Assembly (NCBI GenBank): GCA_946183785.1
Contig: CAMHCS010000003.1
Coordinates: 317-64,316, forward strand
Origin: an uncultured Selenomonadales bacterium
GTDB taxonomy: Bacteria; Bacillota; Negativicutes; Selenomonadales; Selenomonadaceae
DNA length: 64,000 bases
Reading direction: 5' to 3'
The notes beneath the pieces are model-generated. The model saw only the letters and a program-made list of their open reading frames with translations, was not told the origin of the DNA and ran no database searches. Within the stretch, counting starts at the first letter, position 1; each line of letters begins with the position of its first letter. Of this stretch, positions 16,890 to 26,472 are shown one piece after another. The position numbers and the translations under genes are program-made.

Positions 16890-17372
16890 TTACAGTTCAT
16901 AGATATATGGGCAGATGTTCACGTATTGGCCGCTTTTCAGGCGAAAACCCCGGGGAATGGTGCCAAGCTGGCGGAACCCGATCCGTTCGTAGAGACGCCG
17001 CGCCCGGAGGTTGCTTTCGACGACCGCGTTGAACTGCAAAATGTGGAATCCGAGGGTTCGCGCCCGACGGAGAGAATCGAAGACCAACGCTTCGCCGACA
17101 TGCTGGCCGCGCGCCGACGCGGTTACGGCGTAGCTGGCATTGGCGATGTGGGAGCAACGACCGACGTTGTTTGGATGCATAATATAAAGACCGAGTAATG
17201 TCTTAGCGTCGTCTTCCGCTAAGGCCGTGCGGCTTTGGGCGGCGAAAAAGGCCGCGCCCGTCTCCTCGTCAAGGAGTTCTTCCTGAGGGAACGCGTTTCC
17301 TTCCTCTACGACCTCGTTCCATATGGCAAGCATAGCGGGAAGGTCGTTTGCCGTATAGCTCCGTATTTTCAT
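16890..17372 (-). CDS. GNAT-family N-acetyltransferase
   Basis: ATG 17372 preceded by AAAGGAG. About 160 aa with an acetyl-CoA-binding-like segment ARGQHVGEALV and a C-terminal RRLYERIGF motif typical of GNATs. Confidence 0.7.
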   Translation of the reverse strand: MKIRSYTANDLPAMLAIWNEVVEEGNAFPQEELLDEETGAAFFAAQSRTALAEDDAKTLLGLYIMHPNNVGRCSHIANASYAVTASARGQHVGEALVFDSLRRARTLGFHILQFNAVVESNLRARRLYERIGFRQLGTIPRGFRLKSGQYVNICPYIYEL

Positions 17373-17439
17373 TCTGCGGCTCCTTTCACGTTTGACAACG
17401 AGCTGCGGCATGTTGACACTGGCGGCGGTCCGTTGCGGT

Positions 17440-18246
17440 TCATTCCAAGTCCCATGCCGCGCAAACGCAGTCGCGTCCAGCGTTTTTTGCAGCGTAAAGT
17501 GCAGTATCGCTTTCCTTGATCAGATCGTCAATTGGGTAGTGCATATCGCGGGAGATGGCAATACCTACGCTTCCCGACAGACAACGGAATTCTTCCTGGG
17601 CGTGGCAGCGTTTGCGCAATCTTGCCAGGAAAACTTCCGCCATATTTTTGGCGGCTTCGTTGGACAGGCTTCCTAAAAGCATAACGAGAAACTCGTCGCC
17701 GCCGAATCGGCAGACCACCGCAGTCGGGAACGCGAGCTTCAGGACTTCGCTGACGGCCTTGAGGGCGTCGTCGCCCACTTTATGTCCGTAGGTGTCGTTG
17801 ATCGTCTTGAAGTGGTCGAGGTCGATGGAGAAAATACAGACCGCCTGGTTCTTGCGATACTCGTTGACATATTCGTAGAAAAAACGGCGGTTGGAAAGCC
17901 CTGTAAGCTCATCCTTATGCGCCATGTCGAGAATCTTTTTATGGTAGCGGTTTAAAAGCGTGATATCCTGCGCGACGCCGGCCGTGCCGATGATGTTTCC
18001 GTCTCTGTCGAAGACGGGTGTTTTGTAAGTCCTGAGATCGCGCATTTTTTCAGCCCGTCTGGATGCTAGCGCGAAAATTACACAGTCAGGTCTATGCGCT
18101 GTCGTTTCCGGCAGTTTATCATACACAAAAAATTCCAGGTCCAATCCGTCAGCAGGGGGCATTGCTGCAATCGCGGCAGATTTATCTTCTGGCAGGCCAA
18201 CGAGCCAAATCCTGCAATGGCAAGTCATAATAGAGCGCAAATACAT
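17440..18246 (-). CDS. Diguanylate cyclase (GGDEF domain) with a short N-terminal domain and a partial PAS-like segment
   Basis: Active-site RFGGDEFLV. DELTGLSNRRFF and DLDHFKTINDTYGHKVGD are typical GGDEF motifs. The start has a GAGGTGG RBS. Confidence 0.85.
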   Translation of the reverse strand: MYLRSIMTCHCRIWLVGLPEDKSAAIAAMPPADGLDLEFFVYDKLPETTAHRPDCVIFALASRRAEKMRDLRTYKTPVFDRDGNIIGTAGVAQDITLLNRYHKKILDMAHKDELTGLSNRRFFYEYVNEYRKNQAVCIFSIDLDHFKTINDTYGHKVGDDALKAVSEVLKLAFPTAVVCRFGGDEFLVMLLGSLSNEAAKNMAEVFLARLRKRCHAQEEFRCLSGSVGIAISRDMHYPIDDLIKESDTALYAAKNAGRDCVCAAWDLE

Positions 18247-18450
18247 GGAACCACCTCGTTCGCTGCATCTGTGCTATTGCATTCCCTGTCCTGTCCAATG
18301 AGACCGATATATACATTCTCTATGCCATAAAGATATCATAAATGGGTGTGTAATACAATATAGGAGTTTGTTTTATTCACAATTCGCCGGCTGCGTAGGG
18401 ATACATGTGTATAGAGTGCCTATTTTTAAGGAAATTCTTATCTGTTGCCC

Positions 18451-18479
18451 TTGAATCCGGCAGAAGAGTTTGCTATAAT
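18451..18479 (+). promoter_or_regulatory. Sigma-70-type promoter upstream of the skp-lpx gene string
   Basis: TTGAAT (18451-18456), 17-nt spacer, TATAAT (18474-18479). Confidence 0.6.
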
Positions 18480-18535
18480 GTCAGCGGTGTAAAACAACCG
18501 CGACTTTCGCGGGAACGAGAAAAGGAGATAATGAA

Positions 18536-19009
18536 ATGATTAAGTTGGAGAAGAAGCACATCAAGATTTTTAGCGTAGTTATTGCGGCGGTCTTCGTTGG
18601 CAGCGTGGTGGCTCTCGCACTCACGCAGATGGGCGGATTGACCGGCGGTACTGCTTCGGCGGCATCTTCCAGCGTTGGCGTTGTCGATTTTAGGCAGGTC
18701 ATGGGGCAGTCCTCCGACCTGCAGGACGCGAACACGCAAATGCAGCTTGCCGTCGAGGAAGCGAAGAATGAGTTCGAATCGAAGTCCGCAGGCATGAGCG
18801 AAGAGGAGAAAGGCAACTATTATCAGCAGATTCAGGAGCGTCTCGCGCAGAAGCAGCAGTCCCTGATTGAGCCGATCCAGAAGAAGATTGAGGCTGAGGT
18901 CAAGTCTGTTGCAGAGGCGAAGGGGCTTCAGGTTGTTATCGACAAAAGTTCTGTTGTGTACGGCGGTACGGATATCACGCAGGACGTCATCCGCAAGATG
19001 GCGCAGTAA
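18536..19009 (+). CDS. skp: OmpH/Skp-family periplasmic chaperone, paralogue 1
   Basis: 157 aa with an N-terminal hydrophobic anchor/signal and a coiled-coil body. C-terminal motif AKGLQVVIDKSSVVYGGTDITQDVIRKM is typical of OmpH. Confidence 0.8.
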   Translation: MIKLEKKHIKIFSVVIAAVFVGSVVALALTQMGGLTGGTASAASSSVGVVDFRQVMGQSSDLQDANTQMQLAVEEAKNEFESKSAGMSEEEKGNYYQQIQERLAQKQQSLIEPIQKKIEAEVKSVAEAKGLQVVIDKSSVVYGGTDITQDVIRKMAQ

Positions 19010-19038
19010 TATCGCATAGTTTTCCATACGCATTTTTT

Positions 19039-19071
19039 GTACCGAGCGTGAGCAAGCGCTCGGTACTTTTC
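19039..19071 (+). terminator. Hairpin with T-tract between skp paralogues 1 and 2 (terminator or attenuator)
   Basis: Stem GTACCGAGCG (19039-19048) / CGCTCGGTAC (19057-19066) followed by TTTTCT. Confidence 0.6.
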
Positions 19072-19087
19072 TAGGGAGAGTGAAAGC

Positions 19088-20173
19088 ATGGGCAGCACCG
19101 ACGAAAGCCGTTCGACGGACGGCGGGCGGAAACCGCTTTTCGTCGGCTTGCTGTCGCTTTTTGTTCTGGGCGGCATCGTCGTTGGGTGGCTTTGGCTGCA
19201 TCCGGGGCATGTTCCCGAATCTGACGCAGCGTCGGAAAAAACTGCTGCTGAGACAGTTGGGTTTGTGCGGCTGGGGGAGGCGGCGAAAGCGCGCCCCGAG
19301 TACGGCACGCTGCTCCGCCTGCGCGGCGAGCAGGCCCATCTGACCGATTTGCTGTCGGAACAACAGAAACGGTTGCTCAAATTGACGGCTCCCGACGCGA
19401 TTAAGAAGCCCTTTGACGACGCCGTTGCGCAGAAAAAAAAGCAGGAGCTGATCAAGGCGCACGGCGAGTTCATGGAGCAGCTCGCCGAGGCGGAGAAGGA
19501 GAAGCGGGAGGAGACGCGGGCTCTTTACGAGGCGGCCCGGAATGAGATTAACGCCGCATATTTCAACGAGATCTTTAATACGCAGCTGAAGCTGGACAAT
19601 GCCGACATCATGCGTCTTTCCGACGAGACAGTCGGGGATTTGAAGCGTCACCTTGAAAATCTCCAACGGGAGCGAGGCCGCCATCAGTACGAGCTGTACC
19701 AGAAGTATGAGGCGGAAATTCGGGCGTATAAGGAGGAACTGGCGGCAGAACACGGTTACAGGCTTGCAGAATTGGAATGGGAAGCAGATGGCCGCCTGCG
19801 CGCTGAGGAAATGCGGAAGCGCAGTGAAGCACAAGTGCGCAATCTCGACGCGATTCAGAAAAATATGCTGGATGCGACGGAGCTTCGCATGCGTATACAG
19901 GAAACGAAAAACGCTCTGCATGCGAAGGAGCGGGAGATTGACGCGCTGGAAACCGGCATGGCTAAAGAGCTTGCGTCTCTGGCTGCAAAGCTCGCCGTTC
20001 GACACCATTTCGCCGTTGTGTATGCGTCTCCGTTGACAGCAGGATTTCCTATGACCGGCGTCGGGACAGATCCTGCGGCGGGGCTCCGCGTCGTGGGAGG
20101 GACGGCTGTCGACCTGACGGAAGAACTTGTGCAGGAAGTTACAAAAAGCAATAATAAGCAGAATGCGAAGTAA
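19088..20173 (+). CDS. Long OmpH/Skp-like coiled-coil protein with an N-terminal TM anchor, paralogue 2
   Basis: 361 aa. TM LFVGLLSLFVLGGIVVGWLWL, an extensive E/K/R/A/L coiled coil, and an OmpH-like C-terminal segment LAVRHHFAVVYASP. Confidence 0.65.
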   Translation: MGSTDESRSTDGGRKPLFVGLLSLFVLGGIVVGWLWLHPGHVPESDAASEKTAAETVGFVRLGEAAKARPEYGTLLRLRGEQAHLTDLLSEQQKRLLKLTAPDAIKKPFDDAVAQKKKQELIKAHGEFMEQLAEAEKEKREETRALYEAARNEINAAYFNEIFNTQLKLDNADIMRLSDETVGDLKRHLENLQRERGRHQYELYQKYEAEIRAYKEELAAEHGYRLAELEWEADGRLRAEEMRKRSEAQVRNLDAIQKNMLDATELRMRIQETKNALHAKEREIDALETGMAKELASLAAKLAVRHHFAVVYASPLTAGFPMTGVGTDPAAGLRVVGGTAVDLTEELVQEVTKSNNKQNAK

Positions 20174-20176
20174 GGA

Positions 20177-20836
20177 ATGAGGAATCCAATGATAAAGCTC
20201 AATACGCTGGCGCGGGGCGTCGGCATGGTACTTTTGGTTGCGGCGTCGGCCGGCATTTCGGGCTGCTCGGAAAAAAATGCCGTCGTCGGCTATTACAATG
20301 TGGATCGTCTTGAAAGTGAAGCCGTCCAGATTAAGGCTTTGGAGAATGAAGCCACGGTGAAGCTCAAAGAAAAGCAAGCCGAAATTGAAACGAAGATGCA
20401 GGAAAAGCAAACCGCACTCGAGCAGAAGTTTAAGGATAAGCAAGACGAGATTGCGGCGAAGTTCCAAGCCAGAGAAGATGAGTTCAATCAAAAGGTGCAG
20501 GCGAATCCGCCAACCTCGCAGGAGGAAGCCGACCGTCTCCAGGCGGAGGCGAATGAGCTTGGGCAGACGCTCCAACAGGAAGCGGATGCAGATATGCAGA
20601 AGCTGCAGGAGGAGGCGGCGGCTGAGGCCCAGCAAATCCGGCAGGAAGCCGCAATCCAGATGCAGGGATTGCAGGCTCAATATCAGATGCGCATCCGGCA
20701 GAAGCTGGACAACGCCGTCGACGAGGTGGCCCGGGCGAAAAAACTTGACGTGGTACTGGACAACAGCATCATGCAAAAGTCAGTTATTTACGGCGGAGTC
20801 GATATCACCGACGATTTGTTGGAAAAATTGAAATGA
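20177..20836 (+). CDS. OmpH/Skp-family lipoprotein, paralogue 3
   Basis: Lipobox LVAASAGISGC, a coiled-coil body, and C-terminus AKKLDVVLDNSIMQKSVIYGGVDITDDLLEKLK. Confidence 0.78.
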   Translation: MRNPMIKLNTLARGVGMVLLVAASAGISGCSEKNAVVGYYNVDRLESEAVQIKALENEATVKLKEKQAEIETKMQEKQTALEQKFKDKQDEIAAKFQAREDEFNQKVQANPPTSQEEADRLQAEANELGQTLQQEADADMQKLQEEAAAEAQQIRQEAAIQMQGLQAQYQMRIRQKLDNAVDEVARAKKLDVVLDNSIMQKSVIYGGVDITDDLLEKLK

Positions 20837-20846
20837 GGAAAGCAGT

Positions 20847-21881
20847 ATGAAAATGACGCTGGAACAGATCGCGAAGCTGGTCGGAGGTCGGCTGACAGGC
20901 GACGGGGCGGTCATCATTGAAGGGGCGGCGGGTTTGGAATCCGCGCGGGAGACAGATGTCACCTTTGCCGTCGAGCCCCATATTCAGGAGGCGAAGACCG
21001 CAAAGGCCGCTGCGATTTTGTTGCCGGAAGGCGCGGGCGAGTTTCCGATTTCCGCCGTTTATGTGGAAGATCCGCGGGCTGCTTTCGCGAAACTTTTGGA
21101 GGCGTTTACGCCGCCGTTGTCGTTTCCCAAGGGCGTCAGCGACTTGGCGTATGTCGGGCCGGAGGCCAACGTTGCTGAGAGTGCGACAGTCATGCCCTTT
21201 GCTGTGGTGGACGCCCATGCCGTCGTCGAAAACGGCGCGGTGATTTATCCTCATGTTTATATTGGCCAGTACGCGACAATCGGGGCGGATACTGTTATTT
21301 ATTCGAATGCGACCGTGCGCGAGCATTGCCGGGTCGGGAAGCGCGTTGTGATCCACAGCTCGGCGGTGGTGGGGGCGGACGGCTTCGGATTTACGACGAA
21401 GGATGGCGTACATACGAAGGTGCCCCAGGTCGGCAATGTGGTCGTCGAGGATGACGTGGAAATCGGCGCCCATGTCGGAATCGATCGTGCGACGACAGGC
21501 TCCACCGTTATTGGGCGCGGCACGAAGATCGACAATCTCGTCCATATCGGCCATAACTGCCACATCGGTGCGAACAACATCATCGTTGCGCAGACGGGCA
21601 TTTCGGGATCCACGGAAACGGGGCCGAATGTGACCTTTGGCGGGCAGGTCGGTACTGTCGGGCATATCAAGATTGGCGGCAATTCCATTTACGCCGCGCG
21701 CAGCGGCATCATCGGCGATATGCCGGAAGGTTATTTCGGCGCGGGCTTCCCTGTGCAGACGCATCAGGAATGGCTGCGCATGCAGTCGGCGCTCCGAAAG
21801 CTTCCTGCGCTGATGAAGCGGATCAAGGAATTGGAAAAGAAAACTGCGAAAATCGACGCCTTCGTTAAGGATGCGGAATGA
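20847..21881 (+). CDS. lpxD: UDP-3-O-acylglucosamine N-acyltransferase LpxD
   Basis: N-terminus LEQIAKLVGGRLTGDG, then an extended left-handed beta-helix of hexapeptide repeats. 344 aa, in lpx gene context. Confidence 0.88.
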   Translation: MKMTLEQIAKLVGGRLTGDGAVIIEGAAGLESARETDVTFAVEPHIQEAKTAKAAAILLPEGAGEFPISAVYVEDPRAAFAKLLEAFTPPLSFPKGVSDLAYVGPEANVAESATVMPFAVVDAHAVVENGAVIYPHVYIGQYATIGADTVIYSNATVREHCRVGKRVVIHSSAVVGADGFGFTTKDGVHTKVPQVGNVVVEDDVEIGAHVGIDRATTGSTVIGRGTKIDNLVHIGHNCHIGANNIIVAQTGISGSTETGPNVTFGGQVGTVGHIKIGGNSIYAARSGIIGDMPEGYFGAGFPVQTHQEWLRMQSALRKLPALMKRIKELEKKTAKIDAFVKDAE

Positions 21882-22845
21882 GGCTTCCGAGTCTATGGTC
21901 ATTTATTACCTCGAAAAATGCCTGAGTTTTCTCTGCTGCCTGCTGCCGGACTGCGTCTGTGAGACGTTGGGACGGGCGCTTGGCACGCTGACGTGGCCGC
22001 TGGTTCCTGTGAAACGGCGGAACATGGCGGTTGGCAACGTCATGCAATGCCTCCATGTTTCCAGGACAGAGGCGGAACAAATTGCAAAGGCAAGTTGGGT
22101 TCGGTTCGGCCCGATGGCGTTTGAGGTTTTGCGGTTTCCAAGATTCAAGGGACGCTTGCATGAGCGTGTCGAGTTAGACGGTTTGGACGAGGTGAAAAAA
22201 ATCCTTGCTTTGGGCCGTGGGGTAGTCTTCGCAACTTCGCACTGCGGGAATTGGGAGCTTTTGGGAGGCGCGCTGGCGGAGGCGGGCATCCCCCTTGTCG
22301 CCGTCGGCATGAAACAGAAAGAGTCGGGGTCCGATCGGTTCATTACTGAAAATCGTCGCTTGGTGGGCATGCATGTCACTTACAAAAGCGACGTGCGTGA
22401 AATGTTCAAGATGCTGAAGGAAGGATGGGCAATCGGCCTTTTGATGGATCAGGACGTCAGCGCCCGGGACGGCGTCGTCATCGACTGGTTCGGCAGGCCG
22501 ACGATGTTCGCTCAGGGTCCCGCCACGCTGGCGCGTCACCAAAGTCTTCCGATTGTCCCGATTTACATTACGCGTTTAGCCGACGGACGGCATAAAGGTA
22601 TTGTTTATCCGCCGATTCCTGTTCCACAAACGAACGATAAAAAGATCGATATTTTGGAGGCGACGCGGGCGGTCGGGCGAGTGCTCGAAAAACATATCCG
22701 CATGCATCCGGAGGAATGGTTTTGGCTTCACGATCGTTGGAAGTCTGTGCGAAACATACAGGAGCATGGCGACAAATGGTTTGCGGAGCATGATCGCTGG
22801 CACTCGGTACAGAAAATGCACGGCGTTGATACGGAAGATGCATAA
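21871..22845 (+). CDS. Lipid A late (LpxL/LpxM/HtrB-family) acyltransferase, copy 1
   Basis: Motif ATSHCGNWELLG (the HX4D-type region of lysophospholipid/lauroyl acyltransferases). C-terminus HPEEWFWLHDRWK is typical of the LpxL family. Start ATG 21871 or 21895. Confidence 0.75.
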   Translation: MRNEASESMVIYYLEKCLSFLCCLLPDCVCETLGRALGTLTWPLVPVKRRNMAVGNVMQCLHVSRTEAEQIAKASWVRFGPMAFEVLRFPRFKGRLHERVELDGLDEVKKILALGRGVVFATSHCGNWELLGGALAEAGIPLVAVGMKQKESGSDRFITENRRLVGMHVTYKSDVREMFKMLKEGWAIGLLMDQDVSARDGVVIDWFGRPTMFAQGPATLARHQSLPIVPIYITRLADGRHKGIVYPPIPVPQTNDKKIDILEATRAVGRVLEKHIRMHPEEWFWLHDRWKSVRNIQEHGDKWFAEHDRWHSVQKMHGVDTEDA

Positions 22846-22866
22846 TAATACGGCGCATGGCGATTT

Positions 22867-23829
22867 ATGCGCCGTATTTCTTTGCCATTTTGTGGGTTTT
22901 CTGGTACAATAAACGTAGTTTACTTTGATGGGCGGCAGGTGTTGGCATTGAGAATCGCATCTTACCCGGTGTATTGGGCGACGTTGGCCTTCGCCGGATT
23001 TTGCCGTATGCTGCCCGAAAGCGGAGCGGCAGCTTTGGGACGTATCATCGGTTCCGGCGTTTGGCATTTTCTGCCCGAACATCGGAAGAACCGTGCTCGT
23101 GCAAGTTTACGCGATTATTTCGGAGCCAGTCCGGAAGAAGGTGAACGGATCCTCCGTGCCAGCTTGGAGCGGTACGGTCCGATGGGTGTCGAGACGCTGC
23201 GAGAACCGTTGATCGCCAAGGACGTGGAGAACCATATCGGCTATAAGGCGCACCCGGAGGCGGAGAGAGCCTTTGCCAGCGGCAAGGGCGGCGTTCTCGT
23301 CACGCTGCATAGTGGTAATTGGGAACTTTTCGGTCTTGGTATGGCGCATTATGTTTCCGCGCCCTTTGCAACGCTTGTCCGCCGTCAGCAGTTTGACGCA
23401 TGGGATAAACTGGCGCGCAAGATTCGAACGGTGCGTGTTATTTATCCCGATGAAACGCGTAAACTATACCGTAGCGTGCGCGAGGGTTATTTTGTGAATT
23501 TCCTGATGGATCAAGGTATTCACAATATCAAGGATGCAATTCCAGCGGAATTCCTTGGCCATACTACGGGGTGGACACCGGCACCGGCGACTATTGCACG
23601 GTTTTTCGACGTGCCAATTCTGCCGATGTTTATCCATCAAGAGCCGGGGGAGCGTCATATCATCGAGGTCAAGGCGCCGATCCGTGTCCCGAAGACGGAG
23701 GATAAAGATTCCGATCTTCGGGCTGCAACGCAAGCTGTTGTTTCCGTCTTCGAATCGCATATCCGGAAATATCCGGAGGACTGGAACTGGCTGTACAGCA
23801 AATGGCGGGATGTAATTCCTTCCGGCTGA
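22867..23829 (+). CDS. Lipid A late (LpxL-family) acyltransferase, copy 2
   Basis: VTLHSGNWELFG and YPEDWNWLYSKWR motifs parallel copy 1. The N-terminal start is uncertain. Confidence 0.72.
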   Translation: MRRISLPFCGFSGTINVVYFDGRQVLALRIASYPVYWATLAFAGFCRMLPESGAAALGRIIGSGVWHFLPEHRKNRARASLRDYFGASPEEGERILRASLERYGPMGVETLREPLIAKDVENHIGYKAHPEAERAFASGKGGVLVTLHSGNWELFGLGMAHYVSAPFATLVRRQQFDAWDKLARKIRTVRVIYPDETRKLYRSVREGYFVNFLMDQGIHNIKDAIPAEFLGHTTGWTPAPATIARFFDVPILPMFIHQEPGERHIIEVKAPIRVPKTEDKDSDLRAATQAVVSVFESHIRKYPEDWNWLYSKWRDVIPSG

Positions 23830-23859
23830 TTATCAGAAAGGCAGCGTGAGCGCGAGCAA

Positions 23860-25581
23860 ATGAAACAATATCTTCGGCTCCTGCAGTACATAAAGCCTTA
23901 TCGCTGGCGGATCGTGCAGGCGATCATCTGCATGATTGTCGCAGCGGCGGCGAACCTTTATATGCCGTGGATCATCAAGGACATGATCGACAAAGTGCTC
24001 GCCGAAAAGGATATGGAAACGCTGAACATGATCTGCATCGGCGTCATCGTTATTTTCTTTGTACGAGGCTTTTTCTATTTTGGGCAGAGCTATTTGATTT
24101 CCCATGTGGGACAGCGCGTTGTTCTCGATATTCGAAACGCGCTGTTCGCGAAGTTTCAGCGTTTGCCTGTCGCGTATTTCGATCGTCACCAGACCGGCGA
24201 GATCATGAGTTATATCGCGAACGATGTGGCGACGGTGCAGAACGCGATGGTGGAAAAATTAATTGACATCGTGACCGAGGGCGCGGTCTTTATCGGCTCG
24301 CTCGTGATGATGTTCATGCTTGACTGGCAGCTTTCGCTTCTGACTTTAATTACGGTTCCTCTTGTTGGCGTATCCATGCGCGTTTTCGGAAGGATGATCA
24401 AAAACTCCGGCGCGGCAATACAGTCGCGGCTTTCCGAGTTCACGGCGTTAATGCAGGAGAGCTTGTCCGCCGAGCGTGTCGTTAAGGCATTTGGGCGCGA
24501 AAAGTTCGAAATCGAGCGATACTGCAAGCAGAATGAGAAGAATTTCGCTGCGTCGATGAAAAATGTGCGCTTGACTAGCATGCTGACGCCGACCATTGAG
24601 TTTATCGCGGCTGCGGCGGCGACGGCTTTGATCTGGTTCGGCGGCAAGGAGGTCGTGGACGGGCGTATCACGGCAGGTACGCTTGTGGCGTTCCTGACCT
24701 ATGCGGTCAATATGTCGAATCCACTGAAGCGGCTTTCCCGTGCTTACGCAGGCATTCAGCAGGCGTTGGCGGGCGCGGAACGCGTTTTCGGTGTGCTCGA
24801 TCTCGACGAACCAATCACTGATCGGCCTGGTGCGCTTACGCTTCCGCCCGCTTCAGGCCGCGTTCGAGTTGAGGACGTGTCATTTGCCTACAATGAAGGC
24901 GTACCTGCACTGTCCCATGTTTCTCTGGCGGCGGAGCCGGGACAAATGATTGCTTTTGTCGGACCGTCCGGCGCGGGTAAATCTACTATCGCGAATTTGA
25001 TCCCGCGTTTTTACGATGTGGATTCCGGTTCCATTCTTATTGACGGTCATGACATCCGCGATGTGACCATCGATTCGCTGCGTGCCCAGATTGGCATTGT
25101 GCCGCAGGAAACCATGCTGTTTTCAGCCTCCGTGCGTGAAAACATCCGCTACGGCAGGCTTGACGCGACGGACGAAGAAATTGAGGCTGCGGCTCGGGAC
25201 GCCAACGCGCATGACTTCATCATGGCGTTGCCTGAGGGATACGATACGAGGATTGGCGAGCGAGGCTTGATGCTTTCAGGGGGGCAGCGGCAGCGTCTCG
25301 CAATAGCCCGGGCGATTTTGAAGGATCCGCAAATCCTGATTCTTGATGAAGCTACCAGCGCTCTTGACACGGAAAGTGAAAAAATAGTGCAGGCGGCGCT
25401 CGACCGGCTGATGGTCGGGCGGACGTCCTTCGTTGTCGCGCATCGCCTTTCGACGATTTTTGGCGCGGATCAGATCTATGTCATCGATCATGGTGAGATA
25501 CGCGAGCACGGCACACACGAAGAGCTTCTCGCCGCGAAGGGATTATATGCAGAGTTGTATGCGCTGCAATTCAAGAAATAA
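23860..25581 (+). CDS. msbA: Lipid A export ABC transporter (permease/ATPase fusion) MsbA
   Basis: 573 aa. A six-TM domain followed by Walker A GPSGAGKST, signature LSGGQRQRLAIARA and Walker B ILILDEATSALD, inside the lpx cluster. Confidence 0.85.
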   Translation: MKQYLRLLQYIKPYRWRIVQAIICMIVAAAANLYMPWIIKDMIDKVLAEKDMETLNMICIGVIVIFFVRGFFYFGQSYLISHVGQRVVLDIRNALFAKFQRLPVAYFDRHQTGEIMSYIANDVATVQNAMVEKLIDIVTEGAVFIGSLVMMFMLDWQLSLLTLITVPLVGVSMRVFGRMIKNSGAAIQSRLSEFTALMQESLSAERVVKAFGREKFEIERYCKQNEKNFAASMKNVRLTSMLTPTIEFIAAAAATALIWFGGKEVVDGRITAGTLVAFLTYAVNMSNPLKRLSRAYAGIQQALAGAERVFGVLDLDEPITDRPGALTLPPASGRVRVEDVSFAYNEGVPALSHVSLAAEPGQMIAFVGPSGAGKSTIANLIPRFYDVDSGSILIDGHDIRDVTIDSLRAQIGIVPQETMLFSASVRENIRYGRLDATDEEIEAAARDANAHDFIMALPEGYDTRIGERGLMLSGGQRQRLAIARAILKDPQILILDEATSALDTESEKIVQAALDRLMVGRTSFVVAHRLSTIFGADQIYVIDHGEIREHGTHEELLAAKGLYAELYALQFKK

Positions 25582-25613
25582 TATAGCAAATTTTTCATAA
25601 AGGAGGCGTTTCC

Positions 25614-26441
25614 TTGGAGCATCAAACCACTTTGGCGTCAGAAATAGTTTATTCCGGCGTTGGGCTTCATTCCGGCGTTGAGGTTCATATGCGGATCTTG
25701 CCGACATCGGCGGATGCGGGCGTTGTGTTCCGGCGAATCGATTTGGCGGGAAAGCCCTGTGTACGGGCCTCAGCGTCAAACGTGGCCGCAACCGTGCGTG
25801 CCACGACCATCGAGGAGGATGGCGTCCGATTCTTCACTATTGAGCATTTGATGTCCGCAATCGCGGCCTCCGGCCTCGACAACTGCATCGTCGAGCTTGA
25901 CAGTGAGGAACCGCCTGTGGCCGACGGTGCGTCCGCTGTCTTTCTCGATCTGATCGAAAAGGCGGGGCTAAAGCCGTTGGACGAGGAGCGAAGCGTCATC
26001 TCCGTTGATCGCGTGCTGCGTATTGACGACGGCGACCGATTTGTGATGATTGTTCCCTTCGCCGGCCTGCGCGTTTCGTTTACTTCACTGAATCCTCACC
26101 CGTTGGCGGGAACACAGTACGCTGACGTCGTCGTAGACAGCGGGACGTACCGAAAGGAAATCGCTCCCGCGCGGACCATCGCCTATGAGGGCGAGGTCGA
26201 AGCACTCCGGAAGGCGGGGCTTGGGCTCGGAGGGACGCTGGAGACCGTCATCGTCTATAACGACGAACGTTGGTTAAACACCCTGCGATTTCCCAATGAA
26301 CTCGTGCGGCACAAGATTCTCGATGTCATTGGCGATCTTCGCCTCGCGGGGATTGTCCGCGGGCACGTCATCGCCGTCAAATCGGCTCATGCGCTGAATA
26401 CCGCATTGGCGAGGAAAATCTATAAAACCTATCGTGTATAA
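25614..26441 (+). CDS. lpxC: UDP-3-O-acyl-N-acetylglucosamine deacetylase LpxC
   Basis: TTG start 7 nt after AGGAGG. Motifs GVGLHSGVEVHMRILP, TIEHLMSA and LVRHKILDVIGDL are diagnostic of LpxC. Confidence 0.9.
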   Translation: MEHQTTLASEIVYSGVGLHSGVEVHMRILPTSADAGVVFRRIDLAGKPCVRASASNVAATVRATTIEEDGVRFFTIEHLMSAIAASGLDNCIVELDSEEPPVADGASAVFLDLIEKAGLKPLDEERSVISVDRVLRIDDGDRFVMIVPFAGLRVSFTSLNPHPLAGTQYADVVVDSGTYRKEIAPARTIAYEGEVEALRKAGLGLGGTLETVIVYNDERWLNTLRFPNELVRHKILDVIGDLRLAGIVRGHVIAVKSAHALNTALARKIYKTYRV

Positions 26442-26472
26442 CGCGTATAACAATACAAAGGAGAGAAGCAAC

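Noticed and set aside
18473-20776. 767-aa minus-strand ORF spanning the three skp genes
   Set aside because: It is antisense to GAA/GAG/CAG/AAG-rich coiled-coil coding sequence, which contains no stop codons on the reverse strand. The translation is L/R/F-rich nonsense, while the plus strand gives three OmpH-like proteins with RBSs.
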